A stretch of DNA of 64,000 nucleotides from Octopus sinensis (taxonomy: Eukaryota), in contig NC_043010.1 in NCBI RefSeq assembly GCF_006345805.1, positions 67,332,001 to 67,396,000 on the forward strand, in the 5' to 3' direction. The notes under the pieces were generated by a model. It saw only the letters and a program-made list of their open reading frames with translations. It made no database searches and was not told the origin of the DNA. A program made the translations under genes and the position numbers. Below are positions 34,403 through 48,423 of this stretch, one piece after another. Positions within the stretch are counted from its first letter, which is position 1. Each line of letters opens with the position of its first letter.

Positions 34403-36334
34403 CTAAAACACAAACCAATCAAGTTTATGTATAAATATTCTTGTTATATGTTTGTTTCCTATTACACAATATTAAAAGAACGGCTAAAAATTTTCTGAAG
34501 CAGCACCCCCACTAATTTTATCTACAAGCCACCACTGATCACCCCCTGCCTAGGTTGCATTTATAGGTGGTGATGTGTCGAAGGATTAAAGCATTGAATA
34601 AAATACTTGGTACTTTTATGTGTTACTGTGTTACCAGCATACAAGTCAAATTTTTCAGACCAAAATTTACAACCCCCAAAATTAGGTCAACTTATATACC
34701 AGGATGACTTTTGAGGAGCAAAAATTCCATATGAAAGGCAACAGGATTTGGAGAGATAGTGATAATGTTTGAATGGTTACATTACACGTTTGCACTATGT
34801 TGACTTGTATGATAGAAAATATGTTAAGTACAAATGTTAAGGAGATCATGGAGGTTTAATAAAATAAAGTACCAGTCCAGTACTTAGACTGACATAACTG
34901 ATTCTGGTGGATCCCTGGCTTCTTCAGGCAATGAGACTACATACGAGAATCCCAAACAGACTTTGCACTTAACCCAGCCTGGATCAGCCTAAATATGCTA
35001 CCTGTTTTATGTTCTAACCAGCTAGATCCAGCCTATTACACCTACCCTTCAATGCCATTCTAGGAATATACTATCACATCATTAAAATTTCAAAGCAACA
35101 AATTAATGCATGATTAATTCAAAACAATTTGAATGAAAAAGCATTACATTTGACAGAATAATCTGAATGCTAAAGGGTTAAAGGATAGATAAGAAGTGTT
35201 AACCCCCAATGATCACAGGATTCCTGTGAGAAACAGGCAGTGACTACACACATTATGATAGAAATTCTGTAATTAACAAAATATGTGGGGCACCGATCGT
35301 GGCTGCTGCCAGCCTCCCCTGGCACCTGTGCTGGTGGTACGTAAAGAGCACGCACTACACTCACGGAGTGGTTGGTGTTTGGAAGGGCATCCAGCTGTAG
35401 AAACTTTGCCAGATCAGATTGGATTCTGGTGCAGCCTCTTGGCTTCTCAGACCCTGGTCGAACCGTCCAACCCATGCTAGAACGGAAAACGGACATTAAA
35501 CGATGATGGTAAGGATGATGATGATGATAATCCATCATTGTGTCAAGTACAAGGTGGTATATGAGGTAAAGAAGAGTCTATATTTTTTGTTTAGCTTTTC
35601 TCTTTCAGGTGTATCCACTGATTGACTCTAATGCTATGGATGTTTGAAGTGATCAATACTATCAAAAGTAATACCGAGTGAGAATTAAAATTAGATGGTA
35701 GAATTAAAATATAAGGTAAAGATATCATAAATCCATTCTTCGGTGCTTTTTAGGTATAACTCAAGACATGTTTCACTTTGTATTTCATTTAATATTTCAT
35801 CTTGAGTTTTATTTATTCTGAGTTTATCAATAAATCACATTTTGCTTTTCTTGTGTGTGTATTTCTCAAACTTAGCAGAATGGTCAAAACAGTTCAGACC
35901 AAAATGCTTATAACAAAGAACACTAAATCCCAGTGCCTTATAGAAAGTGGCTGTTGTAAGGAGCAGCTAAGGATTCAATACTGCATACTTAATGATAAAC
36001 AAATGGTACACAAAAAGATACAGCAGGATCCTCAGTACATAAACTGGATACCAAAACTTAGAGGTGGTCAATGAACAAAAGTAATTAAAATCACCATATT
36101 GACAAATCAGAGTCACTCCTGCCTACATTGGCTCCGTTATATCAATTTATAGTTGTCTCTACTGATTTTTGACCATTAAGCTAATGATTCTTTTCTCATC
36201 ATTCTATGTGTAATTTTTATTCAGTGGTTCTCAACTGAGGTTCACATGAACCTTAGGGGTCGATTTATGATTTTACTGTTAAAATTTATGCGCAATAAAT
36301 CAGTAATACTTCATCAATACACAAGATAATGTAA

Positions 36335-36760
36335 CATCATCATCATCATCATTAGCATCATCATCGTTTAATGTCTGCTTTCCATGCTAGCATGGGTTTG
36401 ACAATTTGACTGAGGACTGGTGAGCCAGATGGCTGCACCAGGCTCCAATCTGATCTGGCATTCTACAGCTGGATACCCTTCCTAACGCCAACCACTCCGA
36501 GAGTGTAGCGGGTGCTTTTATGTACTACTGGCACGAGGGCCAATCAGGTGGTACTGGCAACGGCCACACTCAAATGATGCTTTTTATGTGCCACCTGCAC
36601 AGGAGCCAGTCCAGTGGCACTGGCAACTGCCTCGCTCGAATTTTTTTTCACGTGCCACCAGTATAAGTGCCAGTAAGGTGACGCAGGTGACGATCATGCT
36701 CGAATGATGCCTTTTATGTGCCACTGGCACAGAGGCCAGTTTGTTGCTCTGGCAACATTT
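36335..36760 (-). mobile_element. RTE-related 3' UTR fragment with four tandem modules, nested in a MITE
   Basis: (CAT)n tail at left, then core and four TTTTATGTGCCAC-type units. Confidence 0.8.
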
Positions 36761-37139
36761 TTTTAAATACAATTCCTAGTAATATATGTAGTTATAAGGA
36801 TATAATAGGATTTTTTTTTAAACATTGAATAGCCATGGATATCCACTGATGTAAAAACGGTCAAGAACCACACTATATTAATTGATTGGTTTTCTTGTAT
36901 ATCAGCTCCTCTTTTACTGTATCTTCTTCACACTTAACTAATGTGTGCTTTGTTTCTGAAGTATGAAAACATTGATACATAACATCGGTGGCAGAAGGTA
37001 CGGTAATGAAGCAGACAGGTCGGCCTTGAAAACACAGATGGGATGATGCAGGATAAAGAGATACAGAGAAGATATATTGCAGACTTATCCTACCTTTGCC
37101 AATGGGAAAAAGAAATGGAAGTTGAAATGATGATGATAC

Positions 37140-37540
37140 GTTCTTTTATTCTTTTACTTGTTTCAGTCATTTGATTGACGCCATGCTGGAGCACCATCTT
37201 TAGTCAAGCAAATCAACCACAGGACTTATTCTTTGTAAACTTAACACTTATTCTATTGGTCTCTTTTGGTGAACCGCTGAGTTACAGGGATGTAAACACA
37301 TCAACATCAGTTGTCAAGCAACGGCGGGGGACAAACACAGACATACAAACATGTACATATACATATATGTATATATGATGGGCTTTTTTCAGTTTCCGTC
37401 TACCAAATCCACTCACAAGGCTTTGATCAGCCCAAGGCTATAGGAGAAGACACTTACCCAAGGTGCCACACAGTGGGACTGAACCTGGAACCATGTGGTT
37501 AGTAAGCAAGCTACTTACCACACAACCACTCCTGCACCTA
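37140..37540 (-). mobile_element. SINE family 2
   Basis: Colinear with 26765-27180. Confidence 0.85.
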
Positions 37541-37545
37541 CTTAC

Positions 37546-37756
37546 CTTCCTGTACACATGTTAATTAAAAGGTTAGTAAATGTTAATTTTTTCTGATCAT
37601 TCTGGAAGTCAATAAAATAGTCAATTTCATACGCATATTTTGTGTATAAGTTATTCAGAGGAAGGCTGTGCTTACAATTTTTGAATGCCCTCCACCCACC
37701 ACACTGGTGAGAATGATGCAGCTGGTGTTTAGCTTTGAATATCTGTAGGTCAGTGA
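37546..37756 (-). CDS. Candidate exon (V)TDLQIFKAKHQ...CGGWRAFKNC...LTFTNLLINMCTG
   Basis: Strong donor AAG|GTAAGT at 37545; acceptor TTTTTCCTACAAG| gives a phase 1 start matching the 40450 donor; 69 open codons. Alternative internal acceptors exist. Confidence 0.45.
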
Positions 37757-39244
37757 CTTGTAGGAAAAACAAAACATAGTCATGGAGGAAATTCTAGCGA
37801 GAATTGCATTCTGAAGGAGAAAAAAATTGGAAAGTGATTAATGCAGGTTATGGAAGATGGGATATGATAAAGTGTAACAAGAGGAGAAGAGGTGAGTGAG
37901 CCTGAATGATGAAAGCACCATCAGCTAAAATATGGCTGACGTTTAGAATTTAAAAGCAATTCTTTCACTTATTTTACGCACAGAATTTTATTTTGGGTTC
38001 ATTCTTTTTCTTTTTTTTTTTTTTGAAAGTTTTGGCATAAAGGCATTTAACGATTTCCAATTATTAGTTTTTTTTTTAGCGATTTTTTTTTGGGGTGATT
38101 TTTTTTGTTTAAGGTATTATCTATCTATCCACTCAGTCAAAGTCAACTCTCGGTCACTCGTTGGATCAGTGTCCTCCAGTCAGTTCTATCCTGGGCCCGC
38201 TTCTTTCAGATTGGCCATGTCCATTCCGGTATCACTCTTAATGGTGTCAAGCCAGCGGGTTCTTGGTCGGCCTCTTCCTCTCTTGCCCCTGACCATTCCA
38301 AGCATGATGTCCTTCTCTTTTAAGGTATACAGATGGTATATTTAGTTAAATGCCTGAAGAACAGGATACAGTTTGATGAAGGTTTAACAGTTATTTCTAG
38401 CATGATGAGAGGTTGTATCATTGGTTTGAGATGGCTAAGTTGATATCAGATCACTAACAGAAATATCAGCACTTCACATATTGTCATCGGTACTGAACTG
38501 TATTCATGGATAAGACACACTCTGTACTCTCAGTGTCCCAATCCATATAATCTTAAGTAAACCCAACAAAGTACCACATGCACTAACATTGGGGCTTCTT
38601 ATGTGTTGGTGCTACAGTTAGGGTCATTACTGTTGAGTGATTTTATTCCACTCCAAAGAGCATTATTATGATATGAATAAATGGTTAATATTCTAGAATG
38701 ACAAAATGGTAACTAAGGTAGCGCTAAACAAAATAACTTGGTTGGAATCAAGTAGCTTTTTACTCCTTGCAGTTTATTACAGTTGGTTAGCAACCTAGCA
38801 CTTGGTTTTGGATTTTGTGAAGGGACTGACATTAGAGTAAAATTGGCATATAAGTATATTTTGTATTTGTTTGGATCAGATCATTGAAGCTTGTAAAACA
38901 GCTGAAAGAGACTGATGCCTGTGAGTCTCCCCCAATGCTTAATTGGCTGCTGAAGAGCAACTAATAGATATTTGCACCCTGAATAACTTATGTTTTTAGT
39001 TGTGAAATTAGCCATTTAGGGCAGTTAACTCAATGTATATATGTGTAGGCTTAAAGGTGAAACATACAGCTAGGGTGTGTAATGGTTAAATGCTTACAAT
39101 ATTAAGCTATTGATACAATTTGCATATTGAATATTATACATTTAAATAGAGTATATGTGTGTACATGTTTGTGTCTGTGTGTGTTTATATAGAATGCATT
39201 TACATACACACACACATTATGTATGCATGTATGTATGTATGCAC

Positions 39245-39845
39245 ATATGTACGTACCTGTCTGTCTGTCTGTCTGTCTATCTGTCCATCCGTCCATCCAT
39301 CCATCCATCCGTCTGTCCATCCATCCATCCATCCGTCCATCCGTCCATCCATCCGTCCATCCGTCCGTTCATCCACCCACCCACCCGTCCGTCCGTCCAA
39401 AATCCATCCATCCATCCACCCACCCACCCACCATCCATCCATCCATCCATCCATCCATCCATCCATCCATCTATCCACCCACCCATCCATCCATCCATCC
39501 ATCCATCCATCCATCCATCCACCCGTCCGTCCGCCCGTCCGTCCGTCCGTCCATCCATCCATCCATCCATCCATCCATCCACTCACCCACCCGTCCGTCC
39601 GTCCGTCCAAAATCCATCCATCCATCCACCCACCATCCATCCATCCATCCATCCATCCATCCACTCACCCACCCACCCGTCCGTCCGTCCGTCCAAACTC
39701 GATCCATCCATCCACCCACCCACCACCATCCATCCATCATCCATCCATCCACCCACCCATCCATCCATCCATCCATCCATCCATTCATCCACCCATCCGT
39801 CCGTCCGTCCGTCCGTCCATCCATCCATCCATCCATCCATCCATT
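39245..39845. repeat. Compound (ATCC)n/(GTCC)n/(ACCC)n tetranucleotide array with a higher-order duplication
   Basis: CGTCCGTCCAAAATCCATCC recurs at ~39390 and ~39600. Confidence 0.92.
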
Positions 39846-40449
39846 ACATTGTGTTTGCCCTCTCAGTGACCAGCCCTGTGTGGCCAATAAAGAAAGTTAT
39901 CTATCTATCTATCTATAAAAGGAGCACTCCATTGGTTACGATGACGAGGGTCCCAGCTGATATGATCAACGGAACAACTTGCTCATGAAATTAACATGCA
40001 AGTAGCTGAACAATCCACTGACATGTGTACCCCTAATATGGCTTAGTGGTTAGGACATTCGACTGATGATTGTAAGGTCACAAGTTCAATTCCCAGCGAC
40101 GCGTTTTATCCTTGAGCATGACATTTTATTTCACTTTGCCAAACCAACATGTCTATCTCATTCTTGCATATCTACTTCTTTCTAGTGTGCCTATCTCTTT
40201 CCAACACCTACGTCTGACACAAGCATTTGTGACAACATATATTACTACCATTCTCTAACCACTGTAAAACAGCTACAGTATACTGTTCCTAATGACGAAT
40301 TGTATCAGATAAATAAAAACAGTAATAAACAGCTTTTTCCTTTCTGTTAACTCATTTGGTTCATATCACCACCGTTCCATGAAGTTTTAACTATTCTGCT
40401 ATAAATACTAGCAACCACTGCATCTGCTGCATTTTTCAGTAACACATAC

Positions 40450-40560
40450 CTGTTACATTTGTAACATTATACAATGTCACATACTTAACAGTATGTGTGC
40501 TATTAAATGCTTTCAGGCTGTAGTTTTCATCCAGGGAAAGTTCATTTAAAGATGTAGTGT
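40450..40560 (-). CDS. Candidate 111-nt phase 1-1 exon TTSLNELSLDENYSLKAFNSTHTVKYVTLYNVTNVT
   Basis: Acceptor TGTGTTTTTTTAAG|, donor CAG|GTATGT; open frame with four N-x-S/T sequons. Confidence 0.6.
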
Positions 40561-40675
40561 CTTAAAAAAACACAGTATACTTCAAAGCCAAGTAAAATGA
40601 ATCACTCTGGAGGTGATCAAGAATAAGGTGGATATTTATATTTCACTGTTATTTCAGCTCATCAGTGTTGTATAC

Positions 40676-40710
40676 CTGTTTTGTCCTCAGGGTGAATTCT
40701 AATCACTGGC
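40676..40710 (-). CDS. Candidate 35-nt exon PVIRIHPEDKT
   Basis: Acceptor TATACTTCAG|, donor CAG|GTATAC; phase 1 end joins the 40560 exon (GAC) across a 115-nt intron. Confidence 0.55.
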
Positions 40711-41192
40711 CTGAAGTATATACAGGTAGTGCAAAATCTATCAGCTGATGTGCAACAGCACTGCACAAGGAAAACAAAATTCAAACTTTGAGTTAGAAAC
40801 AGTTCTATGAAACCATTTAACAATATAAATACATTATGTATTCATCCTATATATCATCATCATCACTTCACATCTGCTTTCCATGTTGGCATGGGTTGAC
40901 AGTTTGACTGTAACTGATAAGCCAGAGAGCTGCACCAGGTCCCAGTCTGATTTGGAGAGGTTTCTATGGCTGGATGCCTATCCTAACACCAACCAATCCC
41001 AGAGTGTAATGGGTGCTTTTTATGTGCCATCAGCATGGGTGCCTTTTACATGGTACCGGCAACAGCAACTACTATGATTTCATAGGTACCATTTACATAA
41101 CACTGGCAACAATGGCCATGACTACAATTTCATTTGGCTCAATATATATATATATTTATGTATGTATATATATAAACATACACACACATACA

Positions 41193-41239
<47 letters not shown>

Positions 41240-41374
41240 ACACACACACACACATATATGTGTATATATATATATTTAAGTATATATGTTGTCATATATA
41301 CACATATAAATATGGATATATATGCATTTGTATCATCTGATGTTTGTTTTTCCATGCTGACATGAGTTGGACAA

Positions 41375-41883
41375 CACACACACACACACTCATACACACA
41401 ACACACACTCATACACACACACTCATACACACACACACACACTCATACACACACACTCATACACACACACACACACTCATACACACACACTCATACACAC
41501 ACACACCACACTCATACACACACACTCATACACACACACACACTCATACACACACACACACACTCATACACACACACTCATACACACACACACACACTCA
41601 TACACACCACACTCATACACACGCACTCATACACACACCACTCATACACACACACCACACACACACTCATACACACACACACACACTCATACACACACAC
41701 TCATACACACAACACACACTCTACACACACACTCTACCACACACACACACACTCATACACACCACTCATACCACACACACACACACTCATACACACACAC
41801 TCATACACACACACTCATACACACACACACACACTCATACACACACACTCATACACACACACACACACTCATACACACACACT

Positions 41884-41920
<37 letters not shown>
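41375..41920. repeat. Long (CA)n array punctuated by CTCATA
   Basis: Direct inspection. Confidence 0.92.
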
Positions 41921-41921
<1 letters not shown>

Positions 41922-42753
41922 CACACGGATGTAAAATAAGGAAAAGATGCGTGAGAGTGAAAGAAACCTACATTTCCATATTTCCATGAAATACTAGACA
42001 TTCCAAAACCTATCTTTAAACCAAGATATAATACTACACAGAGCAGAATCGGTAGTTGAAACGATGTCCAAATCCACCCCCGTTTCAGTAGAGCACCCCA
42101 ATTCATTTGGTTGGGTTGAGCCAATCATCATTGGATGATGAAAAACGATATTCCTTCAGCAAACCAGCTGTGCTCGCTGGCAACAGCATAGCAACAGCAA
42201 CTGGATACCAAACAAACTGCCTGTGTTTGTGTGTGTGTGTGTGTGTATGGTAGTTTGCTGTCTCTAGCAATGTGTGTCTGACTAGTGTATGACTATATGT
42301 GTGTCTGTCTGGGTGTCTGTGGGCTTTTCCATCAAGGCATCCGTGTATGTTTTTGTGATTTATCACTGTATAACTACACTTGCGTCAGAAATTAATTACA
42401 TTCTCAAATTTCTACATTAAATGTTAAATCAATTAACCTATGAGTGTTCAAAATGTCTTACGCGTGAGTTAGTATTGTGTGGGTGATTCGATCCTTGCGT
42501 GGCGCTCCTATATCTATTAAACAAAGCAAGAGATTGTCTGCATCCGCACTCCAAGTTGTTGCATGCTATGTCAACATCATAAGGCTGTGACTCTAAACTG
42601 CTTGCAACAAAGTTACGTCATTGTTCTGCGCAACAGTGAACTCGCAACAAAGCAATAGTTCGAGATATGGCCACATACCTGAGTGAAGAGCAAATCAAGG
42701 TGCTAATTAATTTCTGACGGTAGTGTATGCATACATTTGCTTGATTTATGGCC

Positions 42754-42785
<32 letters not shown>

Positions 42786-42928
42786 CATGTGTGTAGATAA
42801 GTATGTAAGTGTTTTGAGTTCGTGTCTGTGTGCACCTAAGCCTTAATATGAGAATATGTCTTACATGTTTAGTGATATGTGCGTACTAATGTTACTGTTT
42901 TAATGAGAGAGAGGTGGAAGGGATGTGC

Positions 42929-43001
42929 GTGTGTGTGTGAGTGTGTGTGTGTGTGTGAGTGTGTGAGTGTGTGTGTGTGTGTGAGTGTGTGTGAGTGTGT
43001 A

Positions 43002-43033
<32 letters not shown>

Positions 43034-43056
43034 TGTGAGTGTGTGAGTGTGTGTGA

Positions 43057-43091
<35 letters not shown>

Positions 43092-43185
43092 TGAGTGTGT
43101 GAGTGTGTGTGTGTGTGCGTGTGTGTGAGTGTGTGTGTGTGCGTGTGTGTGAGTGTGTGTGTGTGTGAGTGTGTGTGAGTGTGTA

Positions 43186-43230
<45 letters not shown>
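42929..43230. repeat. Long (TG)n array punctuated by GAGT
   Basis: Direct inspection. Confidence 0.92.
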
Positions 43231-43234
<4 letters not shown>

Positions 43235-44094
43235 GCAAGGAAAATATTGATACTAACTTCTAAATTTCATCTCTGCTGCCTTTGTTGGATTGTCTGACCA
43301 AACATAGGTGAAACTTTAAAGTTACTGATACATCAAATACCCCTTGTCAGAAAATGGTCCATTATTATTATTCTCAAACTTGCGTTAAAATAATAATTTT
43401 AAATTAGCATTACACATACAAACACACACACACAGCACACACTCATGCACACAACACACACACATATAATGCATGTGTGTAAGTTTAACTGTGCCAAAAC
43501 TGGTATTCTTTGTAAAGCCATTACTTAGCTATTCAATAAATGTAGATTGGTAAAATAAATATCCGATTGGTGCTGATATATTTTAAGAAAATACTTGGAA
43601 CTGGTCTGGGAATCGAACCTACAATCTCGCAATTGTTAGTGCAACACGTTAACCACTAAGCCATGCGCCTTCACATTAATTTTAAGTATTGTTACTATTA
43701 TTATTGTTGTTGTTGTTATTGTTACTATTATTGTTATAGATGCAGTGAGCTGGCAGAACTGTTAGCAGACTGGATAAAATGCCTAGTGGTATTTCTTCTC
43801 ATTCATTATGTTCTAAGTTCAAATCCCACCATGTTCGACATTGTCTTTCCTTGCTTTGGGATCAGTCAAATACTATATGGGATCAAAACATTCAACTTGC
43901 CCCACCACTACCTCCCACCTCAAAATTTCTGGCCTTGCACCAAAAAGTAGAAAGAATTATTATCATCGTTATAAAAGTGGGAAGTTGGCACCGTAATGAG
44001 TAGCAACAAAAATGCTTTGTTTCTACTCTCTAGATTTTGAGTTCAACTCTTACGGAAGATAATTTTACCTTTCATTCTTTTAAAAAATAAAAAA

Positions 44095-44340
44095 TGTTCC
44101 TTCTCAAGCCATGCCAGGCTCATAAGGGCCGGTTTCCCGGTTTCAGTGGCGTAGAAATTCCCCACCTGGACGGAATGCCGGTCCATTGCAGGATTACTCA
44201 TTTTTGCCCGCTGAATGGACTGGAGCAATGTGAAAATGAAGTGCTTTGCTCAAGAACACAATGCATCGCCCAGTCCAGGAATCGAAACCACAACCTCACG
44301 ATCGTGAGTTCATCACCCTAACCACTAAGCCACGCACCTC
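44095..44340 (-). mobile_element. SINE family 4
   Basis: Colinear with 15579-15841. Confidence 0.82.
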
Positions 44341-45169
44341 CTTTCATCCTTTTAGGTTTGATAAAATCAATTACCAGTCAAGTACTTTTTATTGATTCCT
44401 TGTACTTAATTCAGGAACCATTATTATTGTTATCATAATTAAGGTGGTGAGCTGGCAGGATCGTTAGCACGCCTGATGAAATGCTCAGCAGTATTTTATC
44501 TGTCTTTACATTCTGAGTTCAAATTCTGCCAAGGTTGACTTTTCCTTTCATCATTTCGGGGTTGATAAATTAAGTACCAGTGAAACACTGGTGTCAATGT
44601 AATTGACTCATCCCTTCCCTCCAAATTCCAGACCTTGTGCTTTTAGTAAAAAGGACACGTGAGACCTTTTCTTTTTTTGGAGCGTCTCCTCTATTGGGAG
44701 TTTTTCGTTGTTAAAATTTTTGATTGTAAAACTGCTTTTCACTCGTTTTTTTTTTTCACAAACGGACAAAACCTTTTGTAATCTTTCGTCCTGTTTTGAC
44801 CCTTTATGTTTTCCAATCATATTTGTTAGCCCTTGTGGCCAATAAAAAGAATTTATTATTATTATCATCTTTATTATTATTATCATTATTATTATTATTA
44901 TTATTATTATTCCACCGAGGTCAACTTTGCCTTTCATCTTTTTGGGGTCAATAAAATAAGTACCAGTAATGCACTGGGGTCAATATAATTGACTAGCCCC
45001 CTTCCTCCAAAATTTTTAAGGCCTTGTGCCTAGAGTAGAAATAATTATTATTATTAAGGAAACGAGTAGGTAGAATAGTTAGCAGACTTTATTATTATTA
45101 GGCAGCAAAGTGGCAGAGTTGCTAGAACAATTCTAGGCAGAATGCCTTCTGTTTGCCTTTTCATTCACA

Positions 45170-45178
45170 CACACACGA

Positions 45179-45211
<33 letters not shown>

Positions 45212-45401
45212 CACAAACAAGCACATATGTACATGTGTGTGTATGTATGTGTATATAAGCATACTTGTGTGTGTATATATATATATATGTGTATATATAT
45301 ATATATATAATATATATATATATAATATATATGCATATATATATGCATATCTATATATATGCATATCTATATATATGCACATATAAATATATATGCATAT
45401 A

Positions 45402-45458
<57 letters not shown>

Positions 45459-45525
45459 ATATATATATATATATGCATATCTATATATATGCATATATAT
45501 GTGTGTGTGTATATATATATATCTC
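45170..45525. repeat. (TA)n/(TATGCA) compound microsatellite; similar tracts at ~48290-48450, 49690-49990, 53150-53680, 59170-59300, 60480-60760 and 62560-62685
   Basis: Direct inspection. Confidence 0.9.
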
Positions 45526-46555
45526 ACCTATGTTATAAATTCTTTCTAACACTTGGGAGATACCCTTGAAGTAGTTAACAGATTCTGTAACCTAGGTAAC
45601 CTAATTAGCAATAAGGATGGTTGTTCTGAAAGCATAGTAACCAGATTAAGGAATTCTCTCTTTGAATGAATGTCAGAATTTTATGATATTTGCATATGAG
45701 GAGTGATGTTGTATGATAACAAAGCATAGACACTGAATGTAGGAGATGTGCAGAGGATGAAAGGAAATTAAATGAGCAAGTTGCATGTGAGTAAGAAGTT
45801 TGCATTGCAGCCATGTAGTCTCAGGTTCAATCTCACTGCATGGCACCTTGGGCAAGTGTTTTCTACAATAGTGCTGGGCCAACCAATATCTTGTGTGTTT
45901 GTGAGTTTATTTGGTAGAAGGAAACTGTGTGGAATCTCAATATGTGTGTGTGCCTGTATGTGTGTCTATATGTATGTATGTGTGTGTGTGCTTGTATGTG
46001 TATTTCTATCTGTCTGTCACTCTGTCTGTCTAAACCAGTGGTATTGCCCCCCTGGTGGAGGTGGAAAGTTCCAAGGGGACACTGAAGAAAAGTGGGGCAA
46101 TAATGGAGTAGCGATTCATGTAACATGTGAGGTGATAGAGGGTTAGCGATTCATATAAAAACAACAAAATAATGGGTTTGTTAGGTTCAGCTTTATTTGT
46201 GAAATACACTTGCTTTGAATTTGCTTCAGAAAGAGGTCTATGTTTGTAATTTTTAGTTGGGGTGAGGGCGCTAGGAATGTGGCCTTACTTTGGTTGAGAG
46301 TAAACATGATAAATTTTGTCCTATTGTTATATTGTTTGTTTTTTTACCAGGAGGAGGTAGTGAGGTTATAGAGCCTTGCTTCGGTTAAGAGCAAATAACA
46401 AATTTTGTCCTATTGTAAAAAAGTAGGCAACAGCTCGTAAAAATTTGGGAACCACTGGTCTAAACACTCATATATATACACACACACACACATACAGATA
46501 GACATACACATATATATGTGCATGTCTAGGTGTGTGTGTGTGTGTGTGTGTGTGC

Positions 46556-46609
<54 letters not shown>

Positions 46610-47348
46610 TTGTGTCTTTGTTGTATATATGATTATTCGCCCACAACTTAACAAAATGTGTTGGCGTGTTTACACCCCTGGAATATAACATTTAAAAAAA
46701 AAAACCAAAAAAAAAGGAAAAGAAAACAACCTGGTAGAATAAATACTAGACTTAAAATACATACTGGAGTCTACTTATTTGATAAACTTCAAGATAGTGC
46801 TCCAGCATGACTGCAATTCTATGACTGGAGCAATTATAAAATGCAAATAAGTAATATATTAGAGAATCTTAACACTGTGAGCTGTGTGTAAACTATTAAT
46901 GCACAAGTGCGGGCATAGCTATGTGGTAAAAAGTTTGTTTGTCAAATACATGGTCCTAGGTTCAGTCCTACTGCATAGCATATTGGGTTAGTGGCTTCTA
47001 CTATAGCTTAGGGCTGGCCAAACCCTTGTGAGTGGATTTGGTAGATGGAAACTGAGAGAAGTCCATCACATACATATATACATACATACATACATACATA
47101 CATGCCTGCCTGCCTGCCTGCCTGCCTGCATGCATGCATGCATGCATGCATGTATGCATACATACACACATACATACATACATACATACATAATTACATA
47201 CATAATTATATACATACATACATACATATATACATACATACATACATGCCTGCCTGCCTGCCTGTCTGTCTGCCTGCATGCATGCATGCATGCATACATA
47301 CATACATACATACATACATACATACATACATACATACATACATACATA

Positions 47349-47645
47349 GGAGAAAGCTAATTCGAAGACTACAGATCCAATCCACCTCTAGAACTGTAAA
47401 AATCTGTAAAACTTTCCAGACGTTTATCATTTAAATATATATGAGCATGTCTAGATATGCAACTATATGCGTGAGAATACATACATAAAGCAAAACATAC
47501 AAATCTGGACATATACATACATACAAACGAAAATACCCTGTTGTTGATGTTGAAATTCCAATGAAGGAGCCTTGGATCTAGGTTAGAAACCGGCTCTTTC
47601 TCTATTGGCAAGAAACCTTGAAATAAAACTGAACAATGACATACA
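47349..47645 (+). mobile_element. Second REL-type LINE 3' end, inside the (CATA)n tract of a family 2 SINE
   Basis: RRKLIRRLQIQSTSRTVKICKTFQTFII and 3' UTR colinear with 3269-3560. Confidence 0.7.
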
Positions 47646-48288
47646 TAAATAAATAGATAAATATACGTGTGTGTGTGTGTGTGTGTGTGCATGTATGTGT
47701 GTGTGTGTGTGTGCATGTGTGTGTGTGTTTGTGCTTTTGTCTCTGTGTTTCTCCACTACCACCACCAATTCACAATAGGTGATGGTGGTGTTTATGAACC
47801 TGCGACTTAGCAATTTGGCAAAAGAAAACTGATAGAATAAGTACCAGGTTAAACAAAAACAAACAAAAAAATAGGTACTAGGATTGATTTATTCAACTTA
47901 AATTCTTCAGGTGCCCCTGCATGGTTGCAGTCTAATAAGTGGAACAAGTAAAAAACAAAAAAATTGAAGTAGGCTCAAAGACAGGTAGACTTTATATGTT
48001 GCAGATATACTAATTAGAAGTGAAAGTGGGTGGTCTTAAAGCGTAATTGCTGCTGGAATAAATGGGTGGGAAAAGTTACCTCTGCAAGTAGAAAATGTTT
48101 TTTTTTCTCTTAGAGGGTATAGTAGATTGCGCAAATTGCTGGAAAGAAATGAAGTGATCAAGTTCCACATGATTATGTAGTTTGCTTTGTAACTATGTGG
48201 TTCTGGGTTCTGTTCCATTGTACTGCACCTTATGCAAGTGTCTTTTTTTTCTATAGACCCAAGCTGACTAATGCCTTGTGAGTTAATT

Positions 48289-48324
<36 letters not shown>

Positions 48325-48357
48325 TATATATATACATATATTATATACATATATTAT

Positions 48358-48423
<66 letters not shown>

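Noticed and set aside
36800-36953. 52-codon minus-strand open frame after a good acceptor
   Set aside because: Half of it is MITE terminal sequence and there is no convincing donor.
39155-39988. 230-277 aa PSIH/MDGW ORFs
   Set aside because: Stop-free translations of the (ATCC)n array.
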